Shown here: in pieces, positions 46,757-57,019 of the stretch
Position numbering within the stretch: position 1 is the first letter of the stretch
How the letters are laid out: the number at the start of each line of letters is the position of its first letter
DNA from: Candidatus Falkowbacteria bacterium GW2011_GWF2_43_32
GTDB lineage: Bacteria > Patescibacteriota > Patescibacteriia > Patescibacteriales > UBA12465
DNA length: 64,000 nucleotides
Direction: 5' to 3'
Assembly (NCBI GenBank): GCA_000999715.1
Contig: LCGL01000003.1
Span: 26,942-90,941 of the forward strand
The notes under the pieces: generated by a model
The model's input: the letters and a program-made list of their open reading frames with translations, nothing else
What the model was told of the DNA's origin: nothing
Databases searched by the model: none
Made by a program: the position numbers and the translations under genes

Positions 46757-48214
46757 TTAAACTTTATATTGTTTTCTGATGACGCTATCTTCCTCGCGTT
46801 GCTTTTCTTCAATCAATTCTTTGGCCTTGGCCCGCAGTTCTTCCAGGTTCAATTCGTCCAATTTCTTAGCTCTCATCGCCAAATCTTTAGCCACATTCAA
46901 TTCCGGATTTTCAATAACTTCACTCAATAAAACATCCAGAATCGCGCCGATTTTCGGTCCGGGAACGATTTTCAACGCCTTCATAAGGTCGTCACCGTTG
47001 ATTTTAAGCATTTTGACGGAAATAGGGTCATTCTGTACCTTTTCCAACATATACTGCAGGTGGCGCAATTTATAGGGCATGGCCTTGGGAGTGCCGGAAC
47101 CGAGCCGATCGGCGACGCGTAAATTTATCAAATCTTGCAAATTTTCCCGACCGACTTTGACAATCAAACGACGGACCGAAGCGGCGCTCACTTCTCCGAC
47201 ATTATAATAAAACATGTGATTTTTGACAAGATTGACCACGCGCTCCCGATCCTCGTTGGTAAACTTCAAACGACTCATGATTTTATCCGCCATTTTCGCT
47301 CCCAAATATTCATGATTATAAAAAGTGGCGATGCCCTTGATGATTTTACGGGTTTTCGGCTTGGCCACATCGTGTAACAGGGCGGCCAAACGCACCGGCC
47401 ATTCCCGACTCGGGCAATGTTTCAAAGTCATGACATTATGTTTGAAAACCGAATACAAATGATGGCGCGCCGGCGCTACGTTAACGCCCTGCTCCAGCTC
47501 CGGCAAAATATAATTCAATAACTTGCTTTCATAAAGTTGCATAATACCTTCCGCCGGTCGTTCCGAGGCCAAAATTTTAATCAATTCGTCGCGAATTCTC
47601 TCCGCCGCGACAAATTTCAAACTGCCGGCCAATTTAACGATTGCCCGTTGCGTTTTCGGTTCCAATTCAAAACCCAGTTGGGCGCTGAAACGCACCGCGC
47701 GCATCATCCTTAAAGCGTCTTCTTTAAAACGATCGCTCGGCTCGCCGACCGCGCGAATAATTTTCGCTTTGATATCTTTCCGGCCGCCGAACAAATCCAC
47801 TATTTTTTCCGGCTCGGCCGGATCAAGCGCCAAAGCGTTAACGGTAAAATCGCGTCGCTCCAAATCTTTATCCAAGCCGGTTTCAAAACGCACCACATCC
47901 GGATGACGCCGATCGGAATAACCTTGTTCACTGCGGTAAGTCGTAATTTCCACCACATCTTCCAAGGCGCCCTTAACGCCATCCGCACTTGATTTTGCGC
48001 GCCAAGGCAATAACACCGTACCAAAAACGTTTTCATATTTCGCCGACGGAAAAATTTTTAAAATCTCTTCCGGCCGGGCAACGGTCGTAATATCCCAGTC
48101 CTGCGGTTCCCTGTTCATCAGCAAATCGCGCACACAGCCGCCGACGATATAAGCCTCGTAACCGGCGATGCGCAGACTGGCGGTTATTTTTTTGATATGC
48201 GAAGGAATATTCAT
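46757..48214 (-). CDS. cca: CCA-adding enzyme / poly(A) polymerase family with HD domain
   Basis: [32 protein letters not shown]. Confidence 0.9.
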   Translation of the reverse strand: MNIPSHIKKITASLRIAGYEAYIVGGCVRDLLMNREPQDWDITTVARPEEILKIFPSAKYENVFGTVLLPWRAKSSADGVKGALEDVVEITTYRSEQGYSDRRHPDVVRFETGLDKDLERRDFTVNALALDPAEPEKIVDLFGGRKDIKAKIIRAVGEPSDRFKEDALRMMRAVRFSAQLGFELEPKTQRAIVKLAGSLKFVAAERIRDELIKILASERPAEGIMQLYESKLLNYILPELEQGVNVAPARHHLYSVFKHNVMTLKHCPSREWPVRLAALLHDVAKPKTRKIIKGIATFYNHEYLGAKMADKIMSRLKFTNEDRERVVNLVKNHMFYYNVGEVSAASVRRLIVKVGRENLQDLINLRVADRLGSGTPKAMPYKLRHLQYMLEKVQNDPISVKMLKINGDDLMKALKIVPGPKIGAILDVLLSEVIENPELNVAKDLAMRAKKLDELNLEELRAKAKELIEEKQREEDSVIRKQYKV

Positions 48215-48216
48215 AA

Positions 48217-49983
48217 TTAAAAAGCAAAAGGTAATTTTCTCTTATCGACGGACGAAGTCAAAATCGGATTCCGTTTTTTTGTAAATTTAGTATGCAATAA
48301 CCGAGCGCCGAGATTTTGTTCCTTGATTCTGGCATAATATGCCAACATCGGTTTATTCTCATGCGCGCGGCGCATCAATCGATTTTTATCAATGTTATAC
48401 AGGCTTTCCCAACGTTTCCTCCTAATGGCCGCCGTAGTCGGAATCGGTTGCCCGCCACCGCCCAAACAACCGCCCGGGCAAGCCATCACTTCTATATAAT
48501 GGTATTTTTGAAGTTTTGGCAAGATGCGGGAAAAATTGCCCAAACCGTTGACGACACCCAGGCGAATTTTGCGTCCGTTTAAAACGAGAGTAGCCTCTTT
48601 AAAGCCCGCCAAACCGCGCACTTCCTTAAATTCCAGGCGTTGATCGGGTGAATGTTCCGTCGAACCGGAAGGCTTTGTCCGACCGGTCGCGGCTAGCAAA
48701 GCCGCCACGGTGCGCAAAGCCGACTCCATCACGCCGCCGGAAGCTCCGTAAATCGCCGCCGCGCCGCTACCGCGATTGAACAATTTTTCGCCGTCGGAAT
48801 CCGGCAAATTTCTAAAATCAATGTTATGTTTTTTAATCAAATAAGCGAACTCGCGCACGGTTAATACATAATCCACGAGTTTCCGCTTTTGCCATTTCAA
48901 TTCCGGGCGCGCCGCTTCATATTTTTTGGCGGTACACGGAACAATGGAAACGACGACGATTTTTTTCGGATCAAGCTTTTTTTTCTCCGCCCAATATGTC
49001 TTGATGGCGCCGGCCAAATGGATATGAGGCGAACGTGCCGTGGTCAAATGCGGCAATAATTCCGGATGATAAAATTCGGCATAGGCAACCCAGGACGGAC
49101 AACAAGAAGTCATCAACGGCCAAACCGCTTGCGGCTGACGCCAACGATCCATAAATTCTTCCGCTTCGGTCATGGTCGTAATATCGGCGCCGAAATTTAT
49201 GTCAAAAACATGAGCGAAGCCCAATCTTTTTAAAGCCGTATAAATTTTTCCTTCGCAATTCGTGCCGACAGGCAAACCGAATTCTTCTCCCAAAGATACG
49301 CGCACCGCCGGCGCAAATTGAGCGACCACGATTTTATCTTTAGCCGACAAAATTTTTTCTACTGCCGACCAATTGCCCTGCTCTTGAGCGGCGGCCACCG
49401 GACAATGCAAAGTACACTGACCGCAATAAACGCAAGCGATACTTTTATCGCGCGTCGGCCGAATCTCTTGATTGATGCCACTACCGACCACTTCCAAATA
49501 ATTAATGCCTTGCCGGGCGCAAGCTGTCACGCAATTTCGGCAATCAAAACATTGCGTGCCGTCGACTTCCACGGCTTGATCAAAACGATAAGTGCGACGG
49601 CCTTGTTTTCGATCGGAGAAACGATTGATTGGCACTTTATATTTCCGACTCAACTTTAACAGCTCGCAATCGTAAAAATAGGAACAATGACCGCATTTCT
49701 CGACATGCGCCCCGAAAATCAACTCCAAGTTGGTGCGACGCGCCTGTCTGACCCGCGGACTGTCGGTTAACACTTCCATACCGGCGACGGCGACCGTCGA
49801 GCAAGCCGTCGCCAAATTTATCCGGCCTTTGATTTCCACCGCGCAAACGCGACAATTGGCCTGAACTTCCAGGTCGGGATGATAACACAAAGACGGAATC
49901 TCTATTCCGTTTTCGCGCGCAATTTCCAAAATCGTTTGCCCGGCGCGGCCGGTTATTTGTTTATTGTTTATTTTGAGTTTCAT
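48217..49983 (-). CDS. hydA: [FeFe]-hydrogenase catalytic subunit, group A
   Basis: N-terminal 2Fe-2S, HxxxCxxC, two 4Fe-4S clusters; H-cluster motifs TSCCPSW, VPCTAKKYE, EVMACPGGCLGGGGQP. Confidence 0.9.
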   Translation of the reverse strand: MKLKINNKQITGRAGQTILEIARENGIEIPSLCYHPDLEVQANCRVCAVEIKGRINLATACSTVAVAGMEVLTDSPRVRQARRTNLELIFGAHVEKCGHCSYFYDCELLKLSRKYKVPINRFSDRKQGRRTYRFDQAVEVDGTQCFDCRNCVTACARQGINYLEVVGSGINQEIRPTRDKSIACVYCGQCTLHCPVAAAQEQGNWSAVEKILSAKDKIVVAQFAPAVRVSLGEEFGLPVGTNCEGKIYTALKRLGFAHVFDINFGADITTMTEAEEFMDRWRQPQAVWPLMTSCCPSWVAYAEFYHPELLPHLTTARSPHIHLAGAIKTYWAEKKKLDPKKIVVVSIVPCTAKKYEAARPELKWQKRKLVDYVLTVREFAYLIKKHNIDFRNLPDSDGEKLFNRGSGAAAIYGASGGVMESALRTVAALLAATGRTKPSGSTEHSPDQRLEFKEVRGLAGFKEATLVLNGRKIRLGVVNGLGNFSRILPKLQKYHYIEVMACPGGCLGGGGQPIPTTAAIRRKRWESLYNIDKNRLMRRAHENKPMLAYYARIKEQNLGARLLHTKFTKKRNPILTSSVDKRKLPFAF

Positions 49984-50692
49984 TAGTCTTTGATCTTGAC
50001 CAAATCCCGATACAACCGATAAGCGAATACCATGACCACCGGACCGATCAGCAAGCCGATAATTTGCACCAGCGCGCCGCCCAGCCACCCCCAAATATTA
50101 TTGCCCAAATATGCGGTCGGCCAAGAAATCAAACTGATAACGGCGACCAAAACCAAGCCAATCAGCAAAAATCTGCCCAAGACCGGCCACCAATAACCTC
50201 GTACCAGGGCATAACTGCGATTGACCGCATCCATGCTTTTCTTGTCTTCAAAAAAGAAAGCATAAAGAGTAAAGGCGTAAAAAATCGAAAAAATAAGCGC
50301 CGGAATCACCAAGGCGAAAAACCACAGCAATATCAAAACGCTAGTTAAAAATTCCAACGAAATATAAGACCAAAAATAGGCGGCCGATTCCCGATATATT
50401 TTTTAATCAACAGGAACAAAGACAAATAAATTCTGATCAGAAAATAAACCGTCAACAAAACGGCCCACAAGCTCAGCCAAAACCCCAGACCTAAAAAAAA
50501 CGGACTTAAACCGAGATCGGTATTGGACCCGATCAATACGACCGCGACGATGACCGCTAAGGGCACCAACGCGAAAAGAAAACCCCAAAGATAAATTAAA
50601 ACGATTTTTTTTAAATTTTTCCACCAAATTTTGACGGCACTTTCCAACAGAGAAAAACCCGGCGTTAATTTGGCTTTTTGATTTTGTTCCAT
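49983..50692 (-). pseudogene. Polytopic membrane protein split by frameshift/deletion near 50400
   Basis: Two hydrophobic ORFs (50345..50692, 49983..50357) join by a -1 shift at an A6 run. Confidence 0.65.
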
Positions 50693-50706
50693 ATGATTAT
50701 GATTAA

Positions 50707-51732
50707 TTAATTTTTGACATTCGCGAAATAACTTTTCAAGGGCGCGGCCATTGACGATCCCAGACCGCAAAAACTGGTATCTTCCAAGCTTTGGACCACT
50801 TCATCGAATAATTTGTGATTGAATTGTTTCTGATTCATCAATTCTCGCAGACGATAAGAGCCTTCGCGACAAATCGCGCATTGGCCGCAGCTTTGTTCTT
50901 GATAAAAGCTCAACCAATGTTTAAACAACTTACGCCAATCGGTTCGTTTCTTATCATAAATCATGATGGAGCCGGCTCCTTCCGCCGGAACGGATAATTG
51001 CTCGTCATTGAAAATTTCACCGCTGGCGCCGCCGCCGACTTGGACGAAAAATGCTTTAGCCGGATAATTCCCCGTTTGCCGTAAAATTTCTTCCACGGTC
51101 AAATTGGCCGGCAAATCATAAACTCCGGGGCGCCTGGCCAAACCGGAAATGGTATAAAATCTTTTCCCTTCGTAACGATTCTGCGCCGCCAAACTGACGT
51201 TGTAAAAAGTTTCCGGATTATTGATCAGCGTCGGTCGACCGTATAAGCCTTGTTCGGTAGGATAAGGCGGTTTCCGGCGCGGCTCCACTTTCTTCCCTTC
51301 GATTAAATTCAGCAAAGCGGTCTCTTCGCCGCTGATGTAGGTCAATCTGTCCGGCTTGATGAAAAATTCGGTTTTTTCGCCCAAAGCTTCATATGGCCGG
51401 TCCGCCAAAACGGTTTTTAGGGAAAAACTGTATAACTGATAATATTCGCGATTCAAAAAAATATAAATCTTTTTAATTTTGTCGGCGCCGAAAAACTGTT
51501 CGGCCAAATAAACGCCGTTGATAACGGCGGCGGCGTGATGATGAAAAATATAAGCATCCTTCTTGACGCCCGGCTCTCCTTCCGCGCCGTTGACGATAAT
51601 ATAACCCGGTTTTTTATTTTTGAGAGCCGCCTTCACCGCCGCCCATTTGGCCGCCGTCGGATACGACGCTCCGCCGCGTCCGACCAAGCCGGCCTCGGAA
51701 ATTTTTTTAAGAATATTGGCAGTTTTGGACAT
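50707..51732 (-). CDS. NuoF/HydB-like flavin/NADH-binding subunit (compact)
   Basis: GRGGASYP, NGAEGEPG, YISGEETAL, SCGQCAICREG, CGLG. Confidence 0.85.
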   Translation of the reverse strand: MSKTANILKKISEAGLVGRGGASYPTAAKWAAVKAALKNKKPGYIIVNGAEGEPGVKKDAYIFHHHAAAVINGVYLAEQFFGADKIKKIYIFLNREYYQLYSFSLKTVLADRPYEALGEKTEFFIKPDRLTYISGEETALLNLIEGKKVEPRRKPPYPTEQGLYGRPTLINNPETFYNVSLAAQNRYEGKRFYTISGLARRPGVYDLPANLTVEEILRQTGNYPAKAFFVQVGGGASGEIFNDEQLSVPAEGAGSIMIYDKKRTDWRKLFKHWLSFYQEQSCGQCAICREGSYRLRELMNQKQFNHKLFDEVVQSLEDTSFCGLGSSMAAPLKSYFANVKN

Positions 51733-51810
51733 GTTATTTTTCTGCTTGATGACTCTTCCCGATTGTATAATTCCCCAAACGAAGAACCGAACCGATTTAA
51801 ACCGACCGCT

Positions 51811-52821
51811 TTAAATAAACTTCTTCAAATAATCGGCCAATTCCACAAAACGATGAGAGTATCCCCATTCGTTATCATACCAAGAAATCACTTTCAATAA
51901 GTCGCCGCCGACGACGCGCGTATTTTTCAAATCAATAATGGCACTATGGGAATTGCCGATAATGTCGGTGGACACCAACTCCTCGTTGGACGCTTCAATA
52001 ATCCCCTTCATTTTGCCGCGCGCCGCCTTGATAAAAGCGCGGTTGACCGCTTCCGGCGTAGTTTTCTTGTTCAAGACATAAACCGTGTCGCACAAAGAAC
52101 CGACCGGCGTCGGCACGCGTACCGCCAAGCCGTCAAACTTTCCTCTTAACGACGGGATTGTTTCCGCCGTGGCCAAAGCCGCGCCGGTAGTGGTAGGAAT
52201 GATATTCACCGCGGCCGCTCGCGCTCGTCGCAAATCCTTATGCGGACCGTCCACGAGATTCTGATCGGCCGTATAAGAGTGAATCGTGGTCATCAGCGCT
52301 TTTTTGACGCCAAAGTTATCCTTGATAATTTTTGTGGCCGGAGACAAGCAATTGGTCGTGCAAGAGGCGCACGACAAGATATTATCGCTCTTTTTGACTT
52401 TATCCATATTCACTCCCGGCACGATGATCTTCACCCCGCCGTTTTTAACCGGTGCGGACAAGACAACTTTCTTGGCCCCGGCTTGAAGATGCAATTTTAA
52501 ATCTTCTTTTTTCGTGAAGCGCCCGGTACATTCCAAAACAATGTCGACTTTAAGTTTTTTCCAGGGAAGTTCGGCCGGATTTTTAATCGCCAAAACCGGA
52601 ATTTTACTGCCATTAACGGTTAAGGCATCTTTAGAGCCGACGATTTTCTGCTCGGTCTGTCCGTAACAAGAATCATACTGCAAAAGATGAGCCAAAGTGG
52701 TCGCCTCCGTTAAATCGTTAATGGCCACTATATGCAAATGCGGAAAGCGCATCCAAATGACTTTGAAAGCGGCCCGACCGATGCGGCCGAAACCGTTAAT
52801 CGCGACATTGATTTTTTTCAT
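51811..52821 (-). CDS. gap: Glyceraldehyde-3-phosphate dehydrogenase type I
   Basis: INGFGRIGR, ASCTTNC, WYDNEWGYS. Confidence 0.97.
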   Translation of the reverse strand: MKKINVAINGFGRIGRAAFKVIWMRFPHLHIVAINDLTEATTLAHLLQYDSCYGQTEQKIVGSKDALTVNGSKIPVLAIKNPAELPWKKLKVDIVLECTGRFTKKEDLKLHLQAGAKKVVLSAPVKNGGVKIIVPGVNMDKVKKSDNILSCASCTTNCLSPATKIIKDNFGVKKALMTTIHSYTADQNLVDGPHKDLRRARAAAVNIIPTTTGAALATAETIPSLRGKFDGLAVRVPTPVGSLCDTVYVLNKKTTPEAVNRAFIKAARGKMKGIIEASNEELVSTDIIGNSHSAIIDLKNTRVVGGDLLKVISWYDNEWGYSHRFVELADYLKKFI

Positions 52822-52925
52822 ACAAAATAAAGAATTAATAAGTTATTCTTAAAAGATTATAGCATATTTCATAAAATAGATAAAATAAAAACCCGGCGTA
52901 AACCGGGCTTTAAAAAGTCCATTTT

Positions 52926-53759
52926 CTATTTTTTACCGTCGCCGTTTTTCTTCTTGCGATTAATATCCACCTGAATCACGACATCGCGCTCATCCGGCTT
53001 TTCGGCCGAAATTTTGACATCCACGGTCTGCTTTAAAATATGATGACCGACAATCAGGCCGCGCCGACCGTCCACATTCACTTTCGTGCCGAGCGGGGGC
53101 AATTGTCCGGCCATTTCTTTATAACCTTCATATTCGTAAGACAAGCAACACATCAAACGCCCGCACATGCCGGAAATCCTTTCCGAACCGCGATGAACGA
53201 CCTGTTGCGCCTCGGCCATTTCCGAAGTGATGGAAGAAAATTCTTCCTTAAATCCGCGGCAACACAAACCCCGTCCGCAAGAACCGCAATCGCCGGTAAC
53301 TTTCGCCTCGTCGCGCGTGCCGATTTGCGTCAAACGAATGTTGGCGTTAAAATGCGCCGACAAATCTTTAACCAATTCGCGAAAATCAACGCGACCATCG
53401 GCAATAAAAGAAAAATTCATGCGACCGCCCTCAAAAGAAAAATGAACGTCAACCAATTTCATCGGTAAATTATGTCGGTTGATCATTTCCCGGCAAAACG
53501 ACAAGGCCTCTTCCTTTCTTTCAAGACCCGGCAAACCGGCGATATCGTCATACTCCGCTTTTCTGACAATCGGCTTTATTTCGCGATTGCCGGCAACAGC
53601 CGGTTTTTCTTCCGAAAGAGAAACGATTTTTCCCAATTCTCTGCCCAACTCGGTGTCCACAATCACGCAATCTCCGGCCGACAAATTTAATTGTCCGACC
53701 GAAAAATTATAAACCTTATCCCAAGGAGTAAATTGTACCCGAGCAATCATCATAAACAT
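52926..53759 (-). CDS. PSP1/YaaT (RicT) family protein
   Basis: RVDFRELVKDL, CGSCGRGLCC, SGMCGRLMCCLSYE. Confidence 0.9.
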   Translation of the reverse strand: MFMMIARVQFTPWDKVYNFSVGQLNLSAGDCVIVDTELGRELGKIVSLSEEKPAVAGNREIKPIVRKAEYDDIAGLPGLERKEEALSFCREMINRHNLPMKLVDVHFSFEGGRMNFSFIADGRVDFRELVKDLSAHFNANIRLTQIGTRDEAKVTGDCGSCGRGLCCRGFKEEFSSITSEMAEAQQVVHRGSERISGMCGRLMCCLSYEYEGYKEMAGQLPPLGTKVNVDGRRGLIVGHHILKQTVDVKISAEKPDERDVVIQVDINRKKKNGDGKK

Positions 53760-53766
53760 TTCCCGA

Positions 53767-53795
53767 TAAAAATGCCGCCTTTCGGCGGCATTTTT
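53767..53795 (-). terminator. Terminator of rpsB-tsf
   Basis: AAAAATGCCGCC-TTTC-GGCGGCATTTTT. Confidence 0.85.
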
Positions 53796-53796
53796 A

Positions 53797-54591
53797 TTAT
53801 AAAGAGTAGCGCGCGAATTTTAAGACCTTCGCTCCGCCTAAAATATCTTTGACTTTCTTTTTATCATCCTTGATATATTCCTGTTCCGTCAAACAAACTT
53901 CGGAATAATACTTGCCCATTTTACCTTCCACAATCTTATCGACCATTTCCGCCGGCTTGCCTTCCTTAATCAACTGTTCTTTATAAATTTCTTTTTCTTT
54001 TTCCAATTCTTCGGCGTTTACTTCCGACGGTAAAATATATTTCGGATTGGCCGCGGCAATCTGCATAGCCACATCTCCGGCCACGGCCTCCTGACCGGCT
54101 TGATCCAAGGCGACCAAAACGCCGATCTTGCCGCCCAAATGCGAATAAGCCGCAACCGTCGCGCCGCTGACAATTTCCAAACGTTTAATCGCCAATTTTT
54201 CTCCGATTGTGCCGCTCAGATTATCCAAGTTTTCTTGAACGGTGCCCTCGGCCATAGGCAAAGAAGACAGCTCTTCCACGGTAGCCGGCTTTTTTGTCTT
54301 AATTAATTCTAAAATCTGATCGGCTAAAGTTTGAAATTTTTCGTTACGAGCGACAAAATCGGTTTCGGAGTTTACTTCCACGATATAAGCTTCATTTTTC
54401 GCTTCGTTAACGGCCACTTTGACCACGCCCTCGTTGGTATCGCGATCCAAGCGCTTGGCCGCTTTGGAAATACCTTTTTTACGTAAAATTTCCACCGCCT
54501 TATTGATGTCGTTACCCGCTTCTACCAACGCTTTCTGACAATCGGTCATGCCGGCGCCGGTCATCTCGCGTAATTGTTTGATTAATTCCAT
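53797..54591 (-). CDS. tsf: Elongation factor Ts
   Basis: IKQLREMTGAGMTDC, NSETDFVARN. Confidence 0.96.
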   Translation of the reverse strand: MELIKQLREMTGAGMTDCQKALVEAGNDINKAVEILRKKGISKAAKRLDRDTNEGVVKVAVNEAKNEAYIVEVNSETDFVARNEKFQTLADQILELIKTKKPATVEELSSLPMAEGTVQENLDNLSGTIGEKLAIKRLEIVSGATVAAYSHLGGKIGVLVALDQAGQEAVAGDVAMQIAAANPKYILPSEVNAEELEKEKEIYKEQLIKEGKPAEMVDKIVEGKMGKYYSEVCLTEQEYIKDDKKKVKDILGGAKVLKFARYSL

Positions 54592-54598
54592 AAAGTTA

Positions 54599-55294
54599 TT
54601 ATTTAAGATTTTTTTTTCCTTCCAATAGAGCTTCTTTGATTGCCGCCACCAACAAAGCGATCGTTTTGGTAGAATCGTCGTTGGCCGGAATCGGATAATT
54701 GACTTCTTCCGGATTAACATTGGTGTCACAGATGGCCACAATCGGGATATTTTTTTGTTGCGCCTCTTTAACGGCCGTTTCTTCTTCTTTGATATCCCAA
54801 ATAAATAAGGCGTCCGGCATTTTATTCAAATTAGTCAAACCGCCGACGCGCATTTCCAGTTTTTTAATTTCACGATCAAAATTCAACCGTTCTTTTTTGG
54901 TATATTTTTCCAATTTGCCGCTTTCTCGTTTTTCGATCAAATCCAGATATTTTTTAACCGATTTTTTGACGATGGCAAAATTCGTCAAATATCCGCCCAA
55001 CCAATTGCCGACAATATACGGTTGACCGGCTTCTTCCGCCATCTTTTTCAAGGGCGCGGACACTTGGCTTTTGGTGCCGACAAATAAAATACTTTTGCCT
55101 TCCGACACCAACTTGGCCATAAAGCTCAAAGCTTCTTGCAATTTTTCTTGAGTCTTTCTCAAATCGATGATATACAAACCGTTTTTGGAAGTAAAAATGA
55201 ATTGTTTCATTTTCGGATGCCAACGGTTGGTCCGATGGCCGAAGTGCGCACCGGCTTTCAACAAATCTTCGATTTGCGGGACAACGATGTTCAT
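54599..55294 (-). CDS. rpsB: 30S ribosomal protein S2
   Basis: AGAHFGH, WHPKM, FVGTK, DTNVNP, PANDD. Confidence 0.97.
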   Translation of the reverse strand: MNIVVPQIEDLLKAGAHFGHRTNRWHPKMKQFIFTSKNGLYIIDLRKTQEKLQEALSFMAKLVSEGKSILFVGTKSQVSAPLKKMAEEAGQPYIVGNWLGGYLTNFAIVKKSVKKYLDLIEKRESGKLEKYTKKERLNFDREIKKLEMRVGGLTNLNKMPDALFIWDIKEEETAVKEAQQKNIPIVAICDTNVNPEEVNYPIPANDDSTKTIALLVAAIKEALLEGKKNLK

Positions 55295-55339
55295 ATTTTT
55301 CTTTTTAGCCGATAACCGACGTTAAAAACGAGATTCTCG

Positions 55340-55428
55340 GCTTATAACTTCTGCTTCCTTTTACCTCGGCCTGAACCAAGGAAGAAAATAGCTGCAGCAA
55401 TCATAAAATTGCCGACCGCGGAAGCATG
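55340..55428 (-). promoter_or_regulatory. Structured rpsB (S2) leader
   Basis: Long-range stem TGCTTCC/GGAAGCA enclosing two hairpins, followed by GAAGTTATAA; promoter TTGACA-17-TATATT at 55487-55515. Confidence 0.6.
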
Positions 55429-55525
55429 ATATTTATTAAACTTTTATTAAAAAAGAGGCCGTTTGAGAGGACGAACCTCTAGATTAAATATACGGGAAAA
55501 TCGGAAAGATGTCAAGAATTATCCC

Positions 55526-57010
55526 CTATTTTTGATAAAATTCCCGGGAAGCGGCATTAAACTCGGCCACCAGAATATTATAAGCGTCAACTTGAGCGCG
55601 ATAAGTGTTTAAAACAACATTATACTCGCTCACCAAAACATTGTATTCCGACACCAAACTATTATATTGGGAAATTTGTCCGCTGTTATAATAGTCGTCC
55701 ATCTGAATTTTTAAAACATTTAACCGGTCTTCTCGCTCTTGCAAATCCGTTTTCAAAGCCTCTATTTCGCCTTGTCGGACGACCAACGCGTCGCTATCCG
55801 CGGCCAAGGCGGCGACTTTGGCTCGCAAAGCCGGCAAACCGCCATAAAGCCGTCCGGTGCTTTTTTGATATATTTCCAAACTGCCCAAGCTGGCAATATT
55901 GAACAAATCGGTAAAACTGTTCTCCGCGCTTTGCGCCTGCCCGGCGGCAATATTGCGCGGCACGACGCCCAAAGGAAAGAAATTAGTCGTTTCGCCGTAA
56001 CAATAGCCGGAATTATTTAAGGAATCGGCCACCGGACAAGCGATGCCGACCGCGGAATGATTGCTGTCCGGAAAATCCAAAATAGCGGCGCCATACCCCA
56101 ATTTTCGTAACAGCGCTACCGCCAAAAAAGTTTTATCGGAACAAACGCCGCGATTTAAATATAAAGTTTCGTAAGGATAGTAAGGATTGGTATTGCGATT
56201 ATCGCTCTCGGCTAATTTGGCCTGGTCGTAAGGGATGTATTGAATGAAGGCCAAAGCGAATTCCGCGATTTGATCATTTGTCCAAGAATTGAGCGCCGCA
56301 ATCGCTTTGATTTTTGTCGTTAACTCGTCCAAAGAAGTGTCGCCGCTCTTAACCGTCAAAAATAAACCGTAAAAAGCTTCCCGGATATTGGCCGGCGGCG
56401 AAGCGCTATTGTACGAATAAATCTTGGTTGAATTTCGATAAGCGTCATACCAAGCGAAAGACAAATTTTGAATCAGCTCATAAGAATTATTTTGATATTT
56501 AAAAACAAATTTGGCCGAAATATCACCCGTCGGGACTTCTTGATAAATTGCTATCTTGGCCAAATCGACATTCGTGATTCCCAGTCCTTTGGAGCGCATC
56601 AAATTAAAAGCATCCGTCGGACGACCCAAATAATATAACCGCAAATCCAGCGGGTCAACATAATAAGCCTGTCCTTTATCCTGAACTTGCAATAAAATCC
56701 GACCGGCCAAACGCGAGGGCGCGCCCGCGGCCAGAAAATTATTTGTGTCGTTATTGGACACTCCCAACCCCAGCGACCGCATGATGGCAAAAGCGTCATC
56801 CGGACGACCTAAGTAATAGCGCAAGCCGTTTAAAGGATTAACATACCAGGCTTGACCCAAATCCTGTACTTGCAGCAAAATCCGACCGTTTAAATTCGCG
56901 GCCGCCTGTGCGCGCGGCGCTCCCGCGAAACCGACGTCGAACAAAAAGACGCCCGCTAAAAGGATACCGAATAAAAAAGAAAAAAATAATTTTATTTTCG
57001 GACAACGCAT
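55526..57010 (-). CDS. Secreted protein: duplicated GRILLQV repeat, transglutaminase-like domain and coiled coil
   Basis: Two ~60-aa repeats; YPYETL..RGVCSDK, NHSAVGI, YGETT. Confidence 0.7.
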   Translation of the reverse strand: MRCPKIKLFFSFLFGILLAGVFLFDVGFAGAPRAQAAANLNGRILLQVQDLGQAWYVNPLNGLRYYLGRPDDAFAIMRSLGLGVSNNDTNNFLAAGAPSRLAGRILLQVQDKGQAYYVDPLDLRLYYLGRPTDAFNLMRSKGLGITNVDLAKIAIYQEVPTGDISAKFVFKYQNNSYELIQNLSFAWYDAYRNSTKIYSYNSASPPANIREAFYGLFLTVKSGDTSLDELTTKIKAIAALNSWTNDQIAEFALAFIQYIPYDQAKLAESDNRNTNPYYPYETLYLNRGVCSDKTFLAVALLRKLGYGAAILDFPDSNHSAVGIACPVADSLNNSGYCYGETTNFFPLGVVPRNIAAGQAQSAENSFTDLFNIASLGSLEIYQKSTGRLYGGLPALRAKVAALAADSDALVVRQGEIEALKTDLQEREDRLNVLKIQMDDYYNSGQISQYNSLVSEYNVLVSEYNVVLNTYRAQVDAYNILVAEFNAASREFYQK

Positions 57011-57019
57011 AAAATAAAG

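Noticed and set aside
48217..54741. Long N-terminal extensions on hydA and tsf (also rplA, PPIase, gltX) in the ORF track
   Set aside because: The extensions overlap upstream genes or leaders; downstream ATGs match the family starts.
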